A stretch of DNA of 64,000 bases, taken from contig CAKOOR010000002.1 of the NCBI GenBank assembly GCA_934098505.1, positions 83,279-147,278 of the forward strand, given 5' to 3'. The stretch comes from an uncultured Bacilli bacterium (GTDB lineage: Bacteria > Bacillota_I > Bacilli_A > RF39 > UBA660). The translations under genes were made by a program, and so were the position numbers. Below the pieces are notes generated by a model. That model was not told the DNA's origin, searched no databases, and worked only from the letters and a program-made list of their open reading frames with translations. This document shows positions 20,289 to 30,921 of this stretch, in pieces. How positions within the stretch are numbered: the stretch's first letter is position 1; every line of letters begins with the position of its first letter.

Positions 20289-22037
20289 CTACATTTTTTC
20301 AGGTATTTCAATACCTAGTATATTCAATAGTTTAATATTATTCTCATAAATTATTTTTGTCAATATTAACCATGATTCTCTCGTTAATTTATTTTCTTCA
20401 ATTAACACTTTATTGCTGGAATAGAAATTATTATAAAGATTTGTAACTTTATATAAATAATCAGCAATATCACTTAATGACTTAGTGCTAAAAGCTTTAT
20501 TAATTATACTTCTTAAAGTCATAGTGGTAAGAATTATTTCTCTTTCAATATCAGTTGAAATTTGATTATAGTTTTCATAAGAAATATTATTTTCTTGGGC
20601 TTTATCTAGTAATGATTTCATTCTGATTGTTGAATAAAGAAGGTAAGGTCCAGTTTTTCCTTGTAAATCACTAAATTTTACAGGATCAAAGTTGTAATCT
20701 TTACCACGGAATGGAATAAGATCAGCATATTTTACAGTAGCAATGCCAACTATTTCGGCAATTTTGTTTCTTTCTTCCCCGGTAATACTAGGCATTATTT
20801 TGCGTTCACATTCAGTAGTAACCATATTTAGTAAATCTTCTAAACGCATAACACCGCCATCACGGGTTTTAAATGGTTTACCATCACTACCATTCATGGT
20901 ACCAAAAGGAATATATTCTAATTTAGTATTTTCTTTAACTATCTTAGCTTTACGAACGGCTCTAAAAACTTGTTCAAAATGAAGGGACTGACGAGCATCG
21001 GCTAAATACCAAATTTCATCAGGATGCCATTTTTTCATACGTTCCCAAATGCAAGCCATATCCGTAGTTTGATAAGAGGCAGAACCATTACTTTTTTCTA
21101 GAATTACTGGTGGTACTTCATGGTCATCATTTTCCTCATTAACATAAATTACTTTAGCACCATTTGATTCTTCTACTAAACCTAATGAATTAAGATATGA
21201 GGTCATCTCCGGAATATATTTACTACCATCTGATTCGCCTTCCCAAATATCAAAAGTTGTATTAAGACGGTCGTATGTTTTTTTTATATCTTCCTTAGAA
21301 ATACGCATAATAGCATTCCATAAGGCCATTAACCCTTTTTTGCTTTCTTGAAAATCCACGGTCATTTGACGAGCTTCTTCTAAATAAGCTTCATCTTCTT
21401 TAGCTTTAGTACTAGCTAGAGGATATATTTCTATTAGATCGTTATTCGTAATGGGTAGATCTTCTGGATATTTTCCTTGATAATTTTCATCAAAGTATGG
21501 CAATTCGGGATATCTATGTTTAATTTCTGTCATAACAAGACCAATTGGTCGGCCAAAATCACCTAGGTGAGCGTCGCTGTAAGTTTTATTACCTAACGCG
21601 GTTGCTAATCTCTTTAAAGCCTCACCGATATTAGCAGAACGCAAATGACCAACATGTAAAGCTTTGGCAACATTAGCTCCACCATAATCGAAAAAAATAG
21701 TCTTTTTATTATCGGTATAATAATTCCAATTGATATCTTTATTTAAACGATTAAAATAATCAACTAAAGCTGTCTTTTTAAAAGAAAAATTGATAAAACC
21801 AGGACCGGCAATATTGACATTATTATATCGGCCGTCCTTATTTAAGGCTTCAACAATAACATTTGCAATTTCGTGAGGATGTTTATGCAGTTTACCTGCT
21901 AAAGGCATAACTCCATTATACTGATAGTCACCAAGTTCTTTTCTTACTGAAGGACTTAATACAACACTTTCAATATCAAAGCCACAATTTTTAATTAAAT
22001 TAAGCCAATAGACTTGTTCTTCTTCAATAAAACTCAT
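20289..22037 (-). CDS. argS: arginine--tRNA ligase
   Basis: IAGPGFINF in the N-domain, the HVGH motif, 582 aa. Confidence 0.8.
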   Translation of the reverse strand: MSFIEEEQVYWLNLIKNCGFDIESVVLSPSVRKELGDYQYNGVMPLAGKLHKHPHEIANVIVEALNKDGRYNNVNIAGPGFINFSFKKTALVDYFNRLNKDINWNYYTDNKKTIFFDYGGANVAKALHVGHLRSANIGEALKRLATALGNKTYSDAHLGDFGRPIGLVMTEIKHRYPELPYFDENYQGKYPEDLPITNNDLIEIYPLASTKAKEDEAYLEEARQMTVDFQESKKGLMALWNAIMRISKEDIKKTYDRLNTTFDIWEGESDGSKYIPEMTSYLNSLGLVEESNGAKVIYVNEENDDHEVPPVILEKSNGSASYQTTDMACIWERMKKWHPDEIWYLADARQSLHFEQVFRAVRKAKIVKENTKLEYIPFGTMNGSDGKPFKTRDGGVMRLEDLLNMVTTECERKIMPSITGEERNKIAEIVGIATVKYADLIPFRGKDYNFDPVKFSDLQGKTGPYLLYSTIRMKSLLDKAQENNISYENYNQISTDIEREIILTTMTLRSIINKAFSTKSLSDIADYLYKVTNLYNNFYSSNKVLIEENKLTRESWLILTKIIYENNIKLLNILGIEIPEKM

Positions 22038-22167
22038 AATTCTAATACCTTTCTTATTTAACTAAGCAATATAATAACCTATGAAAACTGCTTTTCTTAC
22101 GGATAATAATTCATAAACTATTATTTGTTTAGGTAATTTAATTAGTCTACACTAAAATTGTCTAATC

Positions 22168-22527
22168 TTAATTAAAACTTATTTCAAGTTTAGTAAATTG
22201 GTCGTCACTTTCCAACTGGTAATATAACTCTAATTTATCATTTTGTATACTAAATTCTGCACTATCGACAATTATATCAACATAAGCATCTAATTCTTTT
22301 AAAAGGTATTTGCAGTTATGTTTACCATCTTTGTTAATTGTTAATTCCAACTGAGATTCTTTGTTATCTCTAACTAAGATTAATGATTCATCGTTAATAG
22401 TAATAGTATTTAAAACATCTTCAAGTGTAAATTCGTATTTATTATCATTTCTTACATAATTTAATGACTCTTTTTCTAAATATAAGTCATTATTTTTATA
22501 TAATTTTAAACTTAGGAAATTATTCAA
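22168..22527 (-). CDS. DUF1934/YwiB-like protein upstream of argS
   Basis: It occupies the conserved ywiB-argS position in Firmicutes. 119 aa. Confidence 0.45.
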   Translation of the reverse strand: MNNFLSLKLYKNNDLYLEKESLNYVRNDNKYEFTLEDVLNTITINDESLILVRDNKESQLELTINKDGKHNCKYLLKELDAYVDIIVDSAEFSIQNDKLELYYQLESDDQFTKLEISFN

Positions 22528-22627
22528 AAAACATTACCTCCGTTTTTTTCTAAAACATTATAACATAGGTCTTTTAAAATAACTACATAAATTAAATATT
22601 TTTTTACATAATAAAAAGGGTGAGGAT

Positions 22628-24580
22628 ATGAAGTTTATTAAAAAGACTATAAAACTTGGGATAATCTTCAGTATTTTAGGTATTTTAGGCATTATTGGGT
22701 TATACGTTTGTGCTTATTTTTCACCAGTATTGGATATTAAAAGTACAGGACAGTATTACATCTATGATAATGATAATTTCTTAGTTTTTCAAGGAAGTGG
22801 AAATTCGAAGTGGGTTGATTTAAGTGATGTATCGCCTGATTTTATAGATGCTATTATCAGTACAGAAGATAAAAATTTTTATAAACACAATGGTTTTGAT
22901 TATTTAAGAATTATGAAGACCTTATTTCTAAATGTCAAAAAAGGTACAATAGTAGGAGGGGCTTCGACCATCTCGCAACAATATGTTAAAAATTTATTTT
23001 TAGATTTTGATAAAACTTGGGAGCGAAAATTAGAGGAAGCTTGGTTAACGCTGAAACTAGAAGTACATTATTCAAAAGATGATATTTTGGAAGGTTATAT
23101 TAATACAATTAATTTTGGTCAAGGTAATTATGGGATTGAGAATGCAGCGAGTTTTTATTTTAACAAGCATGCCAAGGATTTAACTTTAGAAGAAAGTATT
23201 ATTTTATCGGGTATACCTAAGGGTCCTAGCTATTATAATCCTTTAAGTAATTATGATAATGCCATTAAAAGAGCCAAAGTTGTTGCTACAGCAATGGTTA
23301 ATAACAAGAAAATAGACGAAACAACCAAGGATAATCTTTTTAAAGAAAAGTTAGAAATATATGGTAAAAGAACAGAAAATAATTCCAATACGATTATGTA
23401 TTATCAAGATTTAGTTATGAAAGAATTAGAAGGAATTAGTAGCATACCAACTTCATTAATAGATACCGGTGGTTTAAAAATTTATACTTCATTTAATAAA
23501 GATATTCAAATGTCTTTAGAAAACAGTATCAATAAAAACATTACAGATGAAGAATTACAAGTTGCTAGTATTGTAATAGACCCTAAAACAGGAAATATTA
23601 TGGCTTTGACCGGTGGAAAAGATTATACTAAAAGTCAATATAACAGGGCATCAACTATGAAAAGGCAAGTAGGAAGTACCATGAAACCGTTACTTTATTA
23701 TGCTGCGTTAGAAAATGGTATGACATCGTCTTCGACCTTTTTAAGTCAAGAAACAACTTTTGTTTTTTCACAAAATGATACTTATTCTCCGCAAAACTTT
23801 AATCAAAAATATGCTAATAAAGAAATTACCATGGCGGCAGCTTTAAGTTATAGTGATAATATTTATGCAGTAAAAACGCACCTATTTTTAGGTACTGATA
23901 CCTTAGTCAATATTTCGCATAGGATGGGAATTAAAGAAGATTTACCTAGTATTGCTTCACTTCCTTTAGGTACAGTTGAATTATCCATGTTAGATTTTGC
24001 TAATGCTTACACAACTTTGGCAAGTGGGGGATATAAAAAAGACTTAACTTTCATTCGAAAAGTTACAGATATAAATGGTAATATTTTATACGAAAAAAAA
24101 GATAATAGTACGCAAGTTCTAAATTCTAGTTATACTTATATTTTAAATAATTTACTGACTGCTACTTATGATAGTGCATTCCGCGATTATAACAATCCGA
24201 CAATTATTAGCCTAGCTTCTAAAATCAGTAGAAAATATGCAATGAAAACAGGTACTACTAATACTGATTGCTGGATGATAGGGTATAATCCTGACGTTTT
24301 AATGTTAGTATGGAATGGTTATGATGATAATAGGGAATTAAAGGTTTCTAACAGTATAATTGGTAAAAATATCTGGGTGGATACTGTTGAAGAGTATCTT
24401 AAAGACAAGGAAGATAGTTGGTATGAAAAACCAGATAATGTAGTGGGTATTCCAAGAGATGCTGTTACTGGTAAAGATGTTACTGACGTTAATAAATCTT
24501 TTGTTTATTACTATGTTAAAGGTAGTGAGATTGTTGTTAGTAATGATAATGGCGATAGCAAAGAAAAATTAGAAAATTAA
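22628..24580 (+). CDS. class A penicillin-binding protein (transglycosylase/transpeptidase)
   Basis: The GT51 motifs GGASTISQQYVKN and EEAWLTLKLE, and the STMKP SxxK motif. N-terminal TM. Confidence 0.8.
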   Translation: MKFIKKTIKLGIIFSILGILGIIGLYVCAYFSPVLDIKSTGQYYIYDNDNFLVFQGSGNSKWVDLSDVSPDFIDAIISTEDKNFYKHNGFDYLRIMKTLFLNVKKGTIVGGASTISQQYVKNLFLDFDKTWERKLEEAWLTLKLEVHYSKDDILEGYINTINFGQGNYGIENAASFYFNKHAKDLTLEESIILSGIPKGPSYYNPLSNYDNAIKRAKVVATAMVNNKKIDETTKDNLFKEKLEIYGKRTENNSNTIMYYQDLVMKELEGISSIPTSLIDTGGLKIYTSFNKDIQMSLENSINKNITDEELQVASIVIDPKTGNIMALTGGKDYTKSQYNRASTMKRQVGSTMKPLLYYAALENGMTSSSTFLSQETTFVFSQNDTYSPQNFNQKYANKEITMAAALSYSDNIYAVKTHLFLGTDTLVNISHRMGIKEDLPSIASLPLGTVELSMLDFANAYTTLASGGYKKDLTFIRKVTDINGNILYEKKDNSTQVLNSSYTYILNNLLTATYDSAFRDYNNPTIISLASKISRKYAMKTGTTNTDCWMIGYNPDVLMLVWNGYDDNRELKVSNSIIGKNIWVDTVEEYLKDKEDSWYEKPDNVVGIPRDAVTGKDVTDVNKSFVYYYVKGSEIVVSNDNGDSKEKLEN

Positions 24581-24587
24581 GTTACTT

Positions 24588-24626
24588 TATTTTGGCTTCA
24601 CTATTAAATGAATAAGTGAAGTTTTT
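24588..24626 (+). terminator. rho-independent terminator after PBP gene
   Basis: The hairpin cttcact-N13-gtgaag followed by TTTTTT. Confidence 0.55.
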
Positions 24627-24829
24627 TAGTTTGAATACCTTAAATTCCAATAATTATTTTAGGCAGTGTTTAAACTTTTCTCAGATAGAGTAAATAAATT
24701 TAGAAAAAATAAAAAGTATAGCATAAACTACACTTATATTTAATAATTATTAAAAATTGTTTTTTTGCGGTTATTTTTAGTTAAATAATTATTTTTAATT
24801 AGTACTTTTTTTATTTACGTAATTAAATT

Positions 24830-26245
24830 TTAGTCAATATCAATGGTAATTTTACAACCATTTTCTTTATTTTCAAATGAGTAATCAACTTTGAAACCTT
24901 GTAATTTCAAATTATTAATAACATCTTCAATATCTTTTTTAGCAATATCTAAATCTTCTTTATGGGTTGAAGGTGTATCATTTGTTAGGTTACCTAAAAG
25001 ACTCATAGGGTCAAATAATTCATCATCTTCTTGTTTATTTAAGTTACTATTTAAGTTTGAATTAATTTGTTCTTGATTATTTTTAATTGGTGTAAAAAAT
25101 TTATTATTTGGATTTAAATTACTAATTGATGAGTTATCAAAACTATTAGCAAATGAATTAGAACTAGTAAAATTAGAATAGCTGTCTGGTTCTGGTAAAG
25201 GTTCATTATCTGAACTTGCACTTAGATTAAGATCTGGTTCTAAAACTTCTAAATCCTTCTTTACCGGAGTTGGTTCTTCTGGCTGATCAAAGTTAAAAGA
25301 GAAATAACCTTTGTTACCAACATTTTGTTTAGCTTGGTCTTCAGGCGCTAGAGGTTCTAAAGTTTCAAAGAAAGTAGTTTTATTTGGTACTTCATAAGGA
25401 TTAGTTAAAACGTCGCTATTATTAGAAATTGGTTCTTGTAAAGGATCAATTATTTCGACATTAGGTTTCTCTAAAATTTTTCCACCATTATTTTCGGTAT
25501 CATCTGGGTTTTCGCTATAATCTTTTAAAATATCATCAGTTGGTTGTAATTTATTAGGATTTTTATTGATGTCAAAAGAATTATTTTTAATAGTATCTGC
25601 ATTAAAACTTAAATCAACTAAAGGAATATCAGTTTTATTTTCTTCTTCTTTTAGTTTTTTTAACTCTTGGTCTAATTGACGAACAGTAAGACGCTCAGTA
25701 ATTATTCGGTTTAACCATTCTTTTTCCTTTTCAGCATCATTTAAAACTAATAGACTTCTAGCGTGTCTTTCACTAATCTTGCCTTCAAGTAAAGCTTGTT
25801 GAACACTTTCGTCTAAGTTTAAAAGACGTAATTTATTAGCAACTGAACTTTGGGAAATTCCCATTTTTTGGGCTAATTGTTCTTGAGTATAACCTTTATC
25901 CAAAAGATTTTTATAACTTCGGGCTTCTTCAATTGGGGTTAAATTTCTTCTTTGAATATTTTCAACAAGGGCTATTTCAGCAGAGGAATTATCATCAATA
26001 TTGGAAATTACAGCAGGAACTGTAGTAAGACCAGCCATGATTGAGGCCTTATAACGTCTTTCACCAGCAATTATTTCATATTTACTTCCTAATTTTCTTA
26101 AAACAAGAGGTTGAATTATACCGTGTTCTTTAATTGAAGAAGCTAATTCTTTTAGACCTTGCTCATCAAAGGCTAATCGTGGTTGGAAACGATTAGGTAT
26201 AATATCATCAACACTTACTTGTAAAACATTATCTTCCATTTTCAT
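24830..26245 (-). CDS. noc: nucleoid occlusion protein Noc-type ParB homologue with ~250-aa low-complexity insertion
   Basis: It is directly downstream of rsmG, the canonical noc position. PNRFQPR, GISQSSVANKLRLL and ISERHAR follow the Noc pattern (PNRFQPR/GQSTIANKLRLL/ITERHAR), not the Spo0J pattern (PNPYQPR/SRPHIANHLRLL). There is a long N/S/P-rich disordered region before the C-terminal domain. Confidence 0.7.
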   Translation of the reverse strand: MKMEDNVLQVSVDDIIPNRFQPRLAFDEQGLKELASSIKEHGIIQPLVLRKLGSKYEIIAGERRYKASIMAGLTTVPAVISNIDDNSSAEIALVENIQRRNLTPIEEARSYKNLLDKGYTQEQLAQKMGISQSSVANKLRLLNLDESVQQALLEGKISERHARSLLVLNDAEKEKEWLNRIITERLTVRQLDQELKKLKEEENKTDIPLVDLSFNADTIKNNSFDINKNPNKLQPTDDILKDYSENPDDTENNGGKILEKPNVEIIDPLQEPISNNSDVLTNPYEVPNKTTFFETLEPLAPEDQAKQNVGNKGYFSFNFDQPEEPTPVKKDLEVLEPDLNLSASSDNEPLPEPDSYSNFTSSNSFANSFDNSSISNLNPNNKFFTPIKNNQEQINSNLNSNLNKQEDDELFDPMSLLGNLTNDTPSTHKEDLDIAKKDIEDVINNLKLQGFKVDYSFENKENGCKITIDID

Positions 26246-26293
26246 ATTTTTTGTGGCCCCTTTACTATTATAGTCTATATTTATCATACATTA

Positions 26294-27016
26294 TTATTGA
26301 CGTTTTTGCAACTTAATTTGTGCGTCCTTTTTGATTGTATTATAACTACGAGGATATTTTTTATTGGTTATTTTTTCTTTATTTATAGTGATAATTACAC
26401 GGTTCATATCTGTTTTAGGAAGAGTAAATTCAGTAATTTTAGTTACTTTAGAATTTAATTTTTGTAAAATATTTTGGGCATCATTCAATTCTTCTTGATA
26501 ATTTGCTTTCATGGCAATAAAATTACCACCAACCTTAAGATAAGGAATAGCAAGTTCACTTAAAATACTAAGATCAGCAACAGCGCGAGAAGTTACAATA
26601 TCATAATATTCTCGACGATTTTGAACAAAAACTTCGGCTCTATCATAAATAATTTCCACATCTATACTTAATTTTTCAGATAGTTCTTTTAAAAAGGCTA
26701 TTTTTTTATTGTTAGAATCTAGGAGTGTTATTTTTAAATTAGGATAACAAATTTTTAAAACCATTCCGGGAAAACCAGCGCCAGTACCAATATCTAATAA
26801 AGTTGTAACTTTGTTTAAATCAACATTTTTTACAATAGTTAGGGAATCATAAAAGTGTTTTAAGTAGACATCAGTTATCGTTTTAATAGCGGTAAGATTG
26901 GTATGTTCATTATATTCTAATAAAAATTTAGCATAATTATCTAAATCTGCAATTTGATTATCATTTAAACTAATTCCTAGTTTATTTACTTCTAATAAGA
27001 AGTCATCTTTAGTCAT
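26294..27016 (-). CDS. rsmG: 16S rRNA (guanine527-N7)-methyltransferase
   Basis: The GidB family motif LLDIGTGAGFPG. Start trimmed to MTKDDFLL, overlapping the mnmG stop. Confidence 0.85.
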   Translation of the reverse strand: MTKDDFLLEVNKLGISLNDNQIADLDNYAKFLLEYNEHTNLTAIKTITDVYLKHFYDSLTIVKNVDLNKVTTLLDIGTGAGFPGMVLKICYPNLKITLLDSNNKKIAFLKELSEKLSIDVEIIYDRAEVFVQNRREYYDIVTSRAVADLSILSELAIPYLKVGGNFIAMKANYQEELNDAQNILQKLNSKVTKITEFTLPKTDMNRVIITINKEKITNKKYPRSYNTIKKDAQIKLQKRQ

Positions 27017-28889
27017 GGCGATTATATTCCTTTCGTAAATAAATGGATAAAATTGAAATATCAGCAGGATTAACACCACTAATTCGCATTGCTTGAGCAA
27101 TAGTTTTAGGGGCTACTTTCTTTAATTTTTGACGAGCCTCACTAGCCAAATTAACAACTTTATCATAATCTAAATCACTAGGGATTTCTTTACTTTCTAG
27201 TTTTAGCATTTTTTCTACTTCTTTATAAGTTTTAGCGATATATCCTTCATATTTAGTACTAATTTCGACTTGTTCTTTAACAGCATCGTTATAATTTATA
27301 TCAGTTAATTTTGATAAAAATGCCAAGTTTATTTCGGGGCGCTTTAATAAATCGTAAAAACTCATTGAATAATTAGGTACTGGAATATTATTTTCCAGAA
27401 AAATAGTTTTTACTTCTTCGTTTAATTTTAATTTAGTATTTTTTAAAAATGTGGTTAAAGCCTCGATATCTTTTTGTTTAGTGATAAAATTATAATATTG
27501 CTCTTTAGTAATGGAATTTACTTGATTAGCAAGGGGACGAAGACGCAAATCAGCGTTATCATGTCTTAAAATTAGTCGAAATTCAGCACGAGAAGTAAGC
27601 ATTCTATAAGGTTCGTTAGTTCCTTTTGTTACTAAATCGTCAATTAATACGCCGATATAAGCCTCATTTCTTTTTAAAATCAAAGGGTCTTGTTGTTCTA
27701 ATTTTAAAGCGGCATTAATACCAGCCACAATGCCTTGACCGGCTGCTTCTTCATAACCACTCGTGCCATTTATCTGACCAGCGGTAAAAATTCCATCTAT
27801 TACTTTGGATTCTAAAGAAGGTTTGATTTGTAAAGGATTAATCGCATCATATTCGATGGCATAGGCATATTTTGAAATTACAGCATTCTCAAGACCAGGT
27901 AGGGAATGAACCATTTGCTCTTGAATATCATGAGGCATTGAAGTAGAAAAACCTTGTAAATACCAATCATCATAATATAAAGATTCTGGTTCTAAGAATA
28001 ATTGATGACGATCTTTATCGTGGAAACGAACTACTTTGTCTTCAATAGAAGGACAATATCTAGGTCCAACACCTTCGACATAACCACCGTACATACTTGA
28101 TTTGTCTAAATTATCTTTGATTATTTTCTTGGTTTCGATGGTAGTATATAAAAGATAACATTTTTGTTGTTTATTTATATCATAGGTTGCAGGGTAATCA
28201 TTAGAGAAGGTCCAATATGTATTATCACCACATTCAGGATGCATTTTAGAAAAATCAATAGATGAGGCTTTAATTCTTTGCGGAGTTCCGGTCTTTAATC
28301 TTTGAATTTGAAACCCATATTTTTTCATATTGGTACTTAGATATTCACTGCGTCTTTCACCATGAGGGCCACCATTATGTTTTTCAGCCCCGCATAAAAT
28401 GCTACCTCTTAAGTAAGTACCGGTCGTTAATATCAAGGCTTGACATTTAATGATTTCGCCAGTTTCTAAAATAACCCCTTTAATTTTATTATCTTCGATA
28501 ACTAAGTCTTCTACCATGCCTTCGATTATATCAAGATTAGGAGTATTTTTTAGTTCTCTTAGCATCTCTTTAGGATAGGTTACTTTATCGGCCTGCGCAC
28601 GTAAACTACGAACGGCAGGTCCTTTGCCACTATTTAACATTTTAATTTGAAAGTGAGTTCGATCTGCCACGCGTCCCATTAAGCCACCTAAAGCATCTAT
28701 TTCGCGAACAATAATACCTTTAGCCGTTCCGCCAATGGAAGGATTGCAAGGCATATCAGCGATATTTTTTAAATTCATGGTGATTAAGGCAGTTTTATGT
28801 CCTTTGAAAGCGGCTATATGAGAAGCTTCGCAACCAGCATGACCACCACCAACAACAATTATTTCATATTCTTTTTCCATAAAATTCAT
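27009..28889 (-). CDS. mnmG: tRNA uridine 5-carboxymethylaminomethyl modification enzyme MnmG
   Basis: The FAD motif IVVGGGHAGCEA. 626 aa. Confidence 0.9.
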   Translation of the reverse strand: MNFMEKEYEIIVVGGGHAGCEASHIAAFKGHKTALITMNLKNIADMPCNPSIGGTAKGIIVREIDALGGLMGRVADRTHFQIKMLNSGKGPAVRSLRAQADKVTYPKEMLRELKNTPNLDIIEGMVEDLVIEDNKIKGVILETGEIIKCQALILTTGTYLRGSILCGAEKHNGGPHGERRSEYLSTNMKKYGFQIQRLKTGTPQRIKASSIDFSKMHPECGDNTYWTFSNDYPATYDINKQQKCYLLYTTIETKKIIKDNLDKSSMYGGYVEGVGPRYCPSIEDKVVRFHDKDRHQLFLEPESLYYDDWYLQGFSTSMPHDIQEQMVHSLPGLENAVISKYAYAIEYDAINPLQIKPSLESKVIDGIFTAGQINGTSGYEEAAGQGIVAGINAALKLEQQDPLILKRNEAYIGVLIDDLVTKGTNEPYRMLTSRAEFRLILRHDNADLRLRPLANQVNSITKEQYYNFITKQKDIEALTTFLKNTKLKLNEEVKTIFLENNIPVPNYSMSFYDLLKRPEINLAFLSKLTDINYNDAVKEQVEISTKYEGYIAKTYKEVEKMLKLESKEIPSDLDYDKVVNLASEARQKLKKVAPKTIAQAMRISGVNPADISILSIYLRKEYNRHD

Positions 28890-30248
28890 CTACTTTCCTA
28901 AACAGAAATTACTAAATAATTCATCTAATAATTCATCTTTATAAGTTGCCCCAATAATTTCACCTAAAGTATCCCAACAAGCACGAATATCGATTTCTAA
29001 CATATCAACAGAATAACCATTTGCGATATTTTCTAAAGCGGAATTTAAATAGTTTAGAGCAATTTCAATAAGGGCTTTATGACGAGCATTGGTAATATAT
29101 GTTGCATCATTAGTACTAATTTTTTCTAAATTAAAGAGGGTAGTTATCATTTCTTTTAACTCTTTAATACCGGTTGTTGTTAAAGTATTACCATAAATAA
29201 CATTGTTATATTTAGAGATTTCTAAATCTATTTTAGAAGGTAAGTCATTTTTATTGATAAAAATAATATAATTTTTATCTTTAACAAGTTCTAATAGTTC
29301 TAAATCATCAGGAGTTAATTTTTCATTATTATTCAAAACTAAGATTATTAAGTCAGCAGTGTTAATGATTTTTTTACTTTTATCAACACCTATTTTTTCT
29401 ACAACATTAGCAGTTTTTCGGATACCGGCAGTATCTAAAAAATTTATTTTAATACCATTAATGATGGTTTCGCCTTCGACAATATCTCGTGTGGTTCCAG
29501 CAATATCTGTAACGATAGCCTTATCTTCTTCTAAAAAGGCATTTAAAAGACTAGATTTACCAACATTAGGGCGACCAATCATACAAATATTAATACCATC
29601 TTTGATAATTTTAGCGTCATTAGAGTTTTTTAATAGTTCTTCTAGTTTACTTTTAATAGGGAGCAACTTTTCTTTTAACTTTTGTAAAGTTATGTCCTCG
29701 GCATCTTCATATTCAGGATAGTCAATATTTACTTCGATATTAGCAATTAAATTCATGATATCTTTTCTAATTTCGGTAATTAAATTTTTTAAGGAACCGG
29801 TTAATTGATTCATGGATAGTCTTAAAGATTTATCGGTTGAAGAGTTGATAACATCTTCGATAGCCTCGGCTTCAGTTAAATCAATACGCCCATTTAAGAA
29901 GGCTCTTTTAGTAAATTCTCCCGGTTGGGCAAGACGAGCCCCATTTACAAGACACAATTCTAAAACTTTATTAGTAGAGGCAATCCCCCCGTGTGTATTA
30001 ATTTCAACTATATCTTCCATCGTATAAGTTTTAGGAGCCCGCATTACTGATACTAAAACCTCATCTATAGTACTTCCGTTTTTATCTACAATATAGCCAT
30101 GATTAATGGTATGACTGGCTACGGTTTTTAGATCTTTACCTTTAAAAATTTTACTTACAATATCTAAGGCGTTTTGACCGCTTAATCTTATAATTGAAAT
30201 AGCACCGATGCCACGGGCTGTTGATATAGCAACAATTGTATCTTCCAT
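28890..30248 (-). CDS. mnmE: tRNA modification GTPase MnmE
   Basis: The G-domain GRPNVGKSSLLN and the C-terminal CLGK. Confidence 0.9.
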   Translation of the reverse strand: MEDTIVAISTARGIGAISIIRLSGQNALDIVSKIFKGKDLKTVASHTINHGYIVDKNGSTIDEVLVSVMRAPKTYTMEDIVEINTHGGIASTNKVLELCLVNGARLAQPGEFTKRAFLNGRIDLTEAEAIEDVINSSTDKSLRLSMNQLTGSLKNLITEIRKDIMNLIANIEVNIDYPEYEDAEDITLQKLKEKLLPIKSKLEELLKNSNDAKIIKDGINICMIGRPNVGKSSLLNAFLEEDKAIVTDIAGTTRDIVEGETIINGIKINFLDTAGIRKTANVVEKIGVDKSKKIINTADLIILVLNNNEKLTPDDLELLELVKDKNYIIFINKNDLPSKIDLEISKYNNVIYGNTLTTTGIKELKEMITTLFNLEKISTNDATYITNARHKALIEIALNYLNSALENIANGYSVDMLEIDIRACWDTLGEIIGATYKDELLDELFSNFCLGK

Positions 30249-30410
30249 AAATATCCCTCTTTCTTAAATTTTTTCTGACTGCTTAAATGATATCACAATT
30301 TTTTCTAATTTTATATTAAATATTTAGAATAAATTGTATTATAACATAAAGATTAAATGATAGATAATTTTTCTAAATGGTAATTTACTTAAAGTATGAA
30401 AAAAGAAGAA

Positions 30411-30920
30411 CTAGTCTTCCTTCTTTTCAATAAACTTAATTACAATATGACGATTAGGTTCTTCACCAACAGAAACAGTTGATATTTCTTTTTCATCTTT
30501 TAGGGCATTGTGGATAATACGGCGTTCATAAGAATTCATATTATCAAGTTCAACAGCATTTTTACTCTTTTTAACATCACTGGCGATTTTTTTAGCCAGA
30601 CGAATTAAATTTTCTTCTCTTTGTTCTTGATAATTGTTAACATTTAAAACCACATTAGGATAAATTTTTAATTGTTGATAAGTATGTTTACACACTATCA
30701 TTTGTAAGGCTTTAAGAGTACGACCATCTTTACCAATTAAAATCGCATTATTATTTGAATCCATATTGATAATAATTTGGTCATTGTGAAACTTTGCTGA
30801 TATTTTTACTTCTAAATGCATATTGGTTAATAACTCATCTAAATAATTAATAACAAAAGCGGATATTTCTTCTAAGTTGTTAACAGAGTTATCTACAGTA
30901 TTTTTTACTTCTTCTTCCAT
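30411..30920 (-). CDS. jag: RNA-binding protein KhpB/Jag (KH + R3H)
   Basis: The R3H motif region, positioned after yidC. Confidence 0.7.
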   Translation of the reverse strand: MEEEVKNTVDNSVNNLEEISAFVINYLDELLTNMHLEVKISAKFHNDQIIINMDSNNNAILIGKDGRTLKALQMIVCKHTYQQLKIYPNVVLNVNNYQEQREENLIRLAKKIASDVKKSKNAVELDNMNSYERRIIHNALKDEKEISTVSVGEEPNRHIVIKFIEKKED

Positions 30921-30921
30921 A

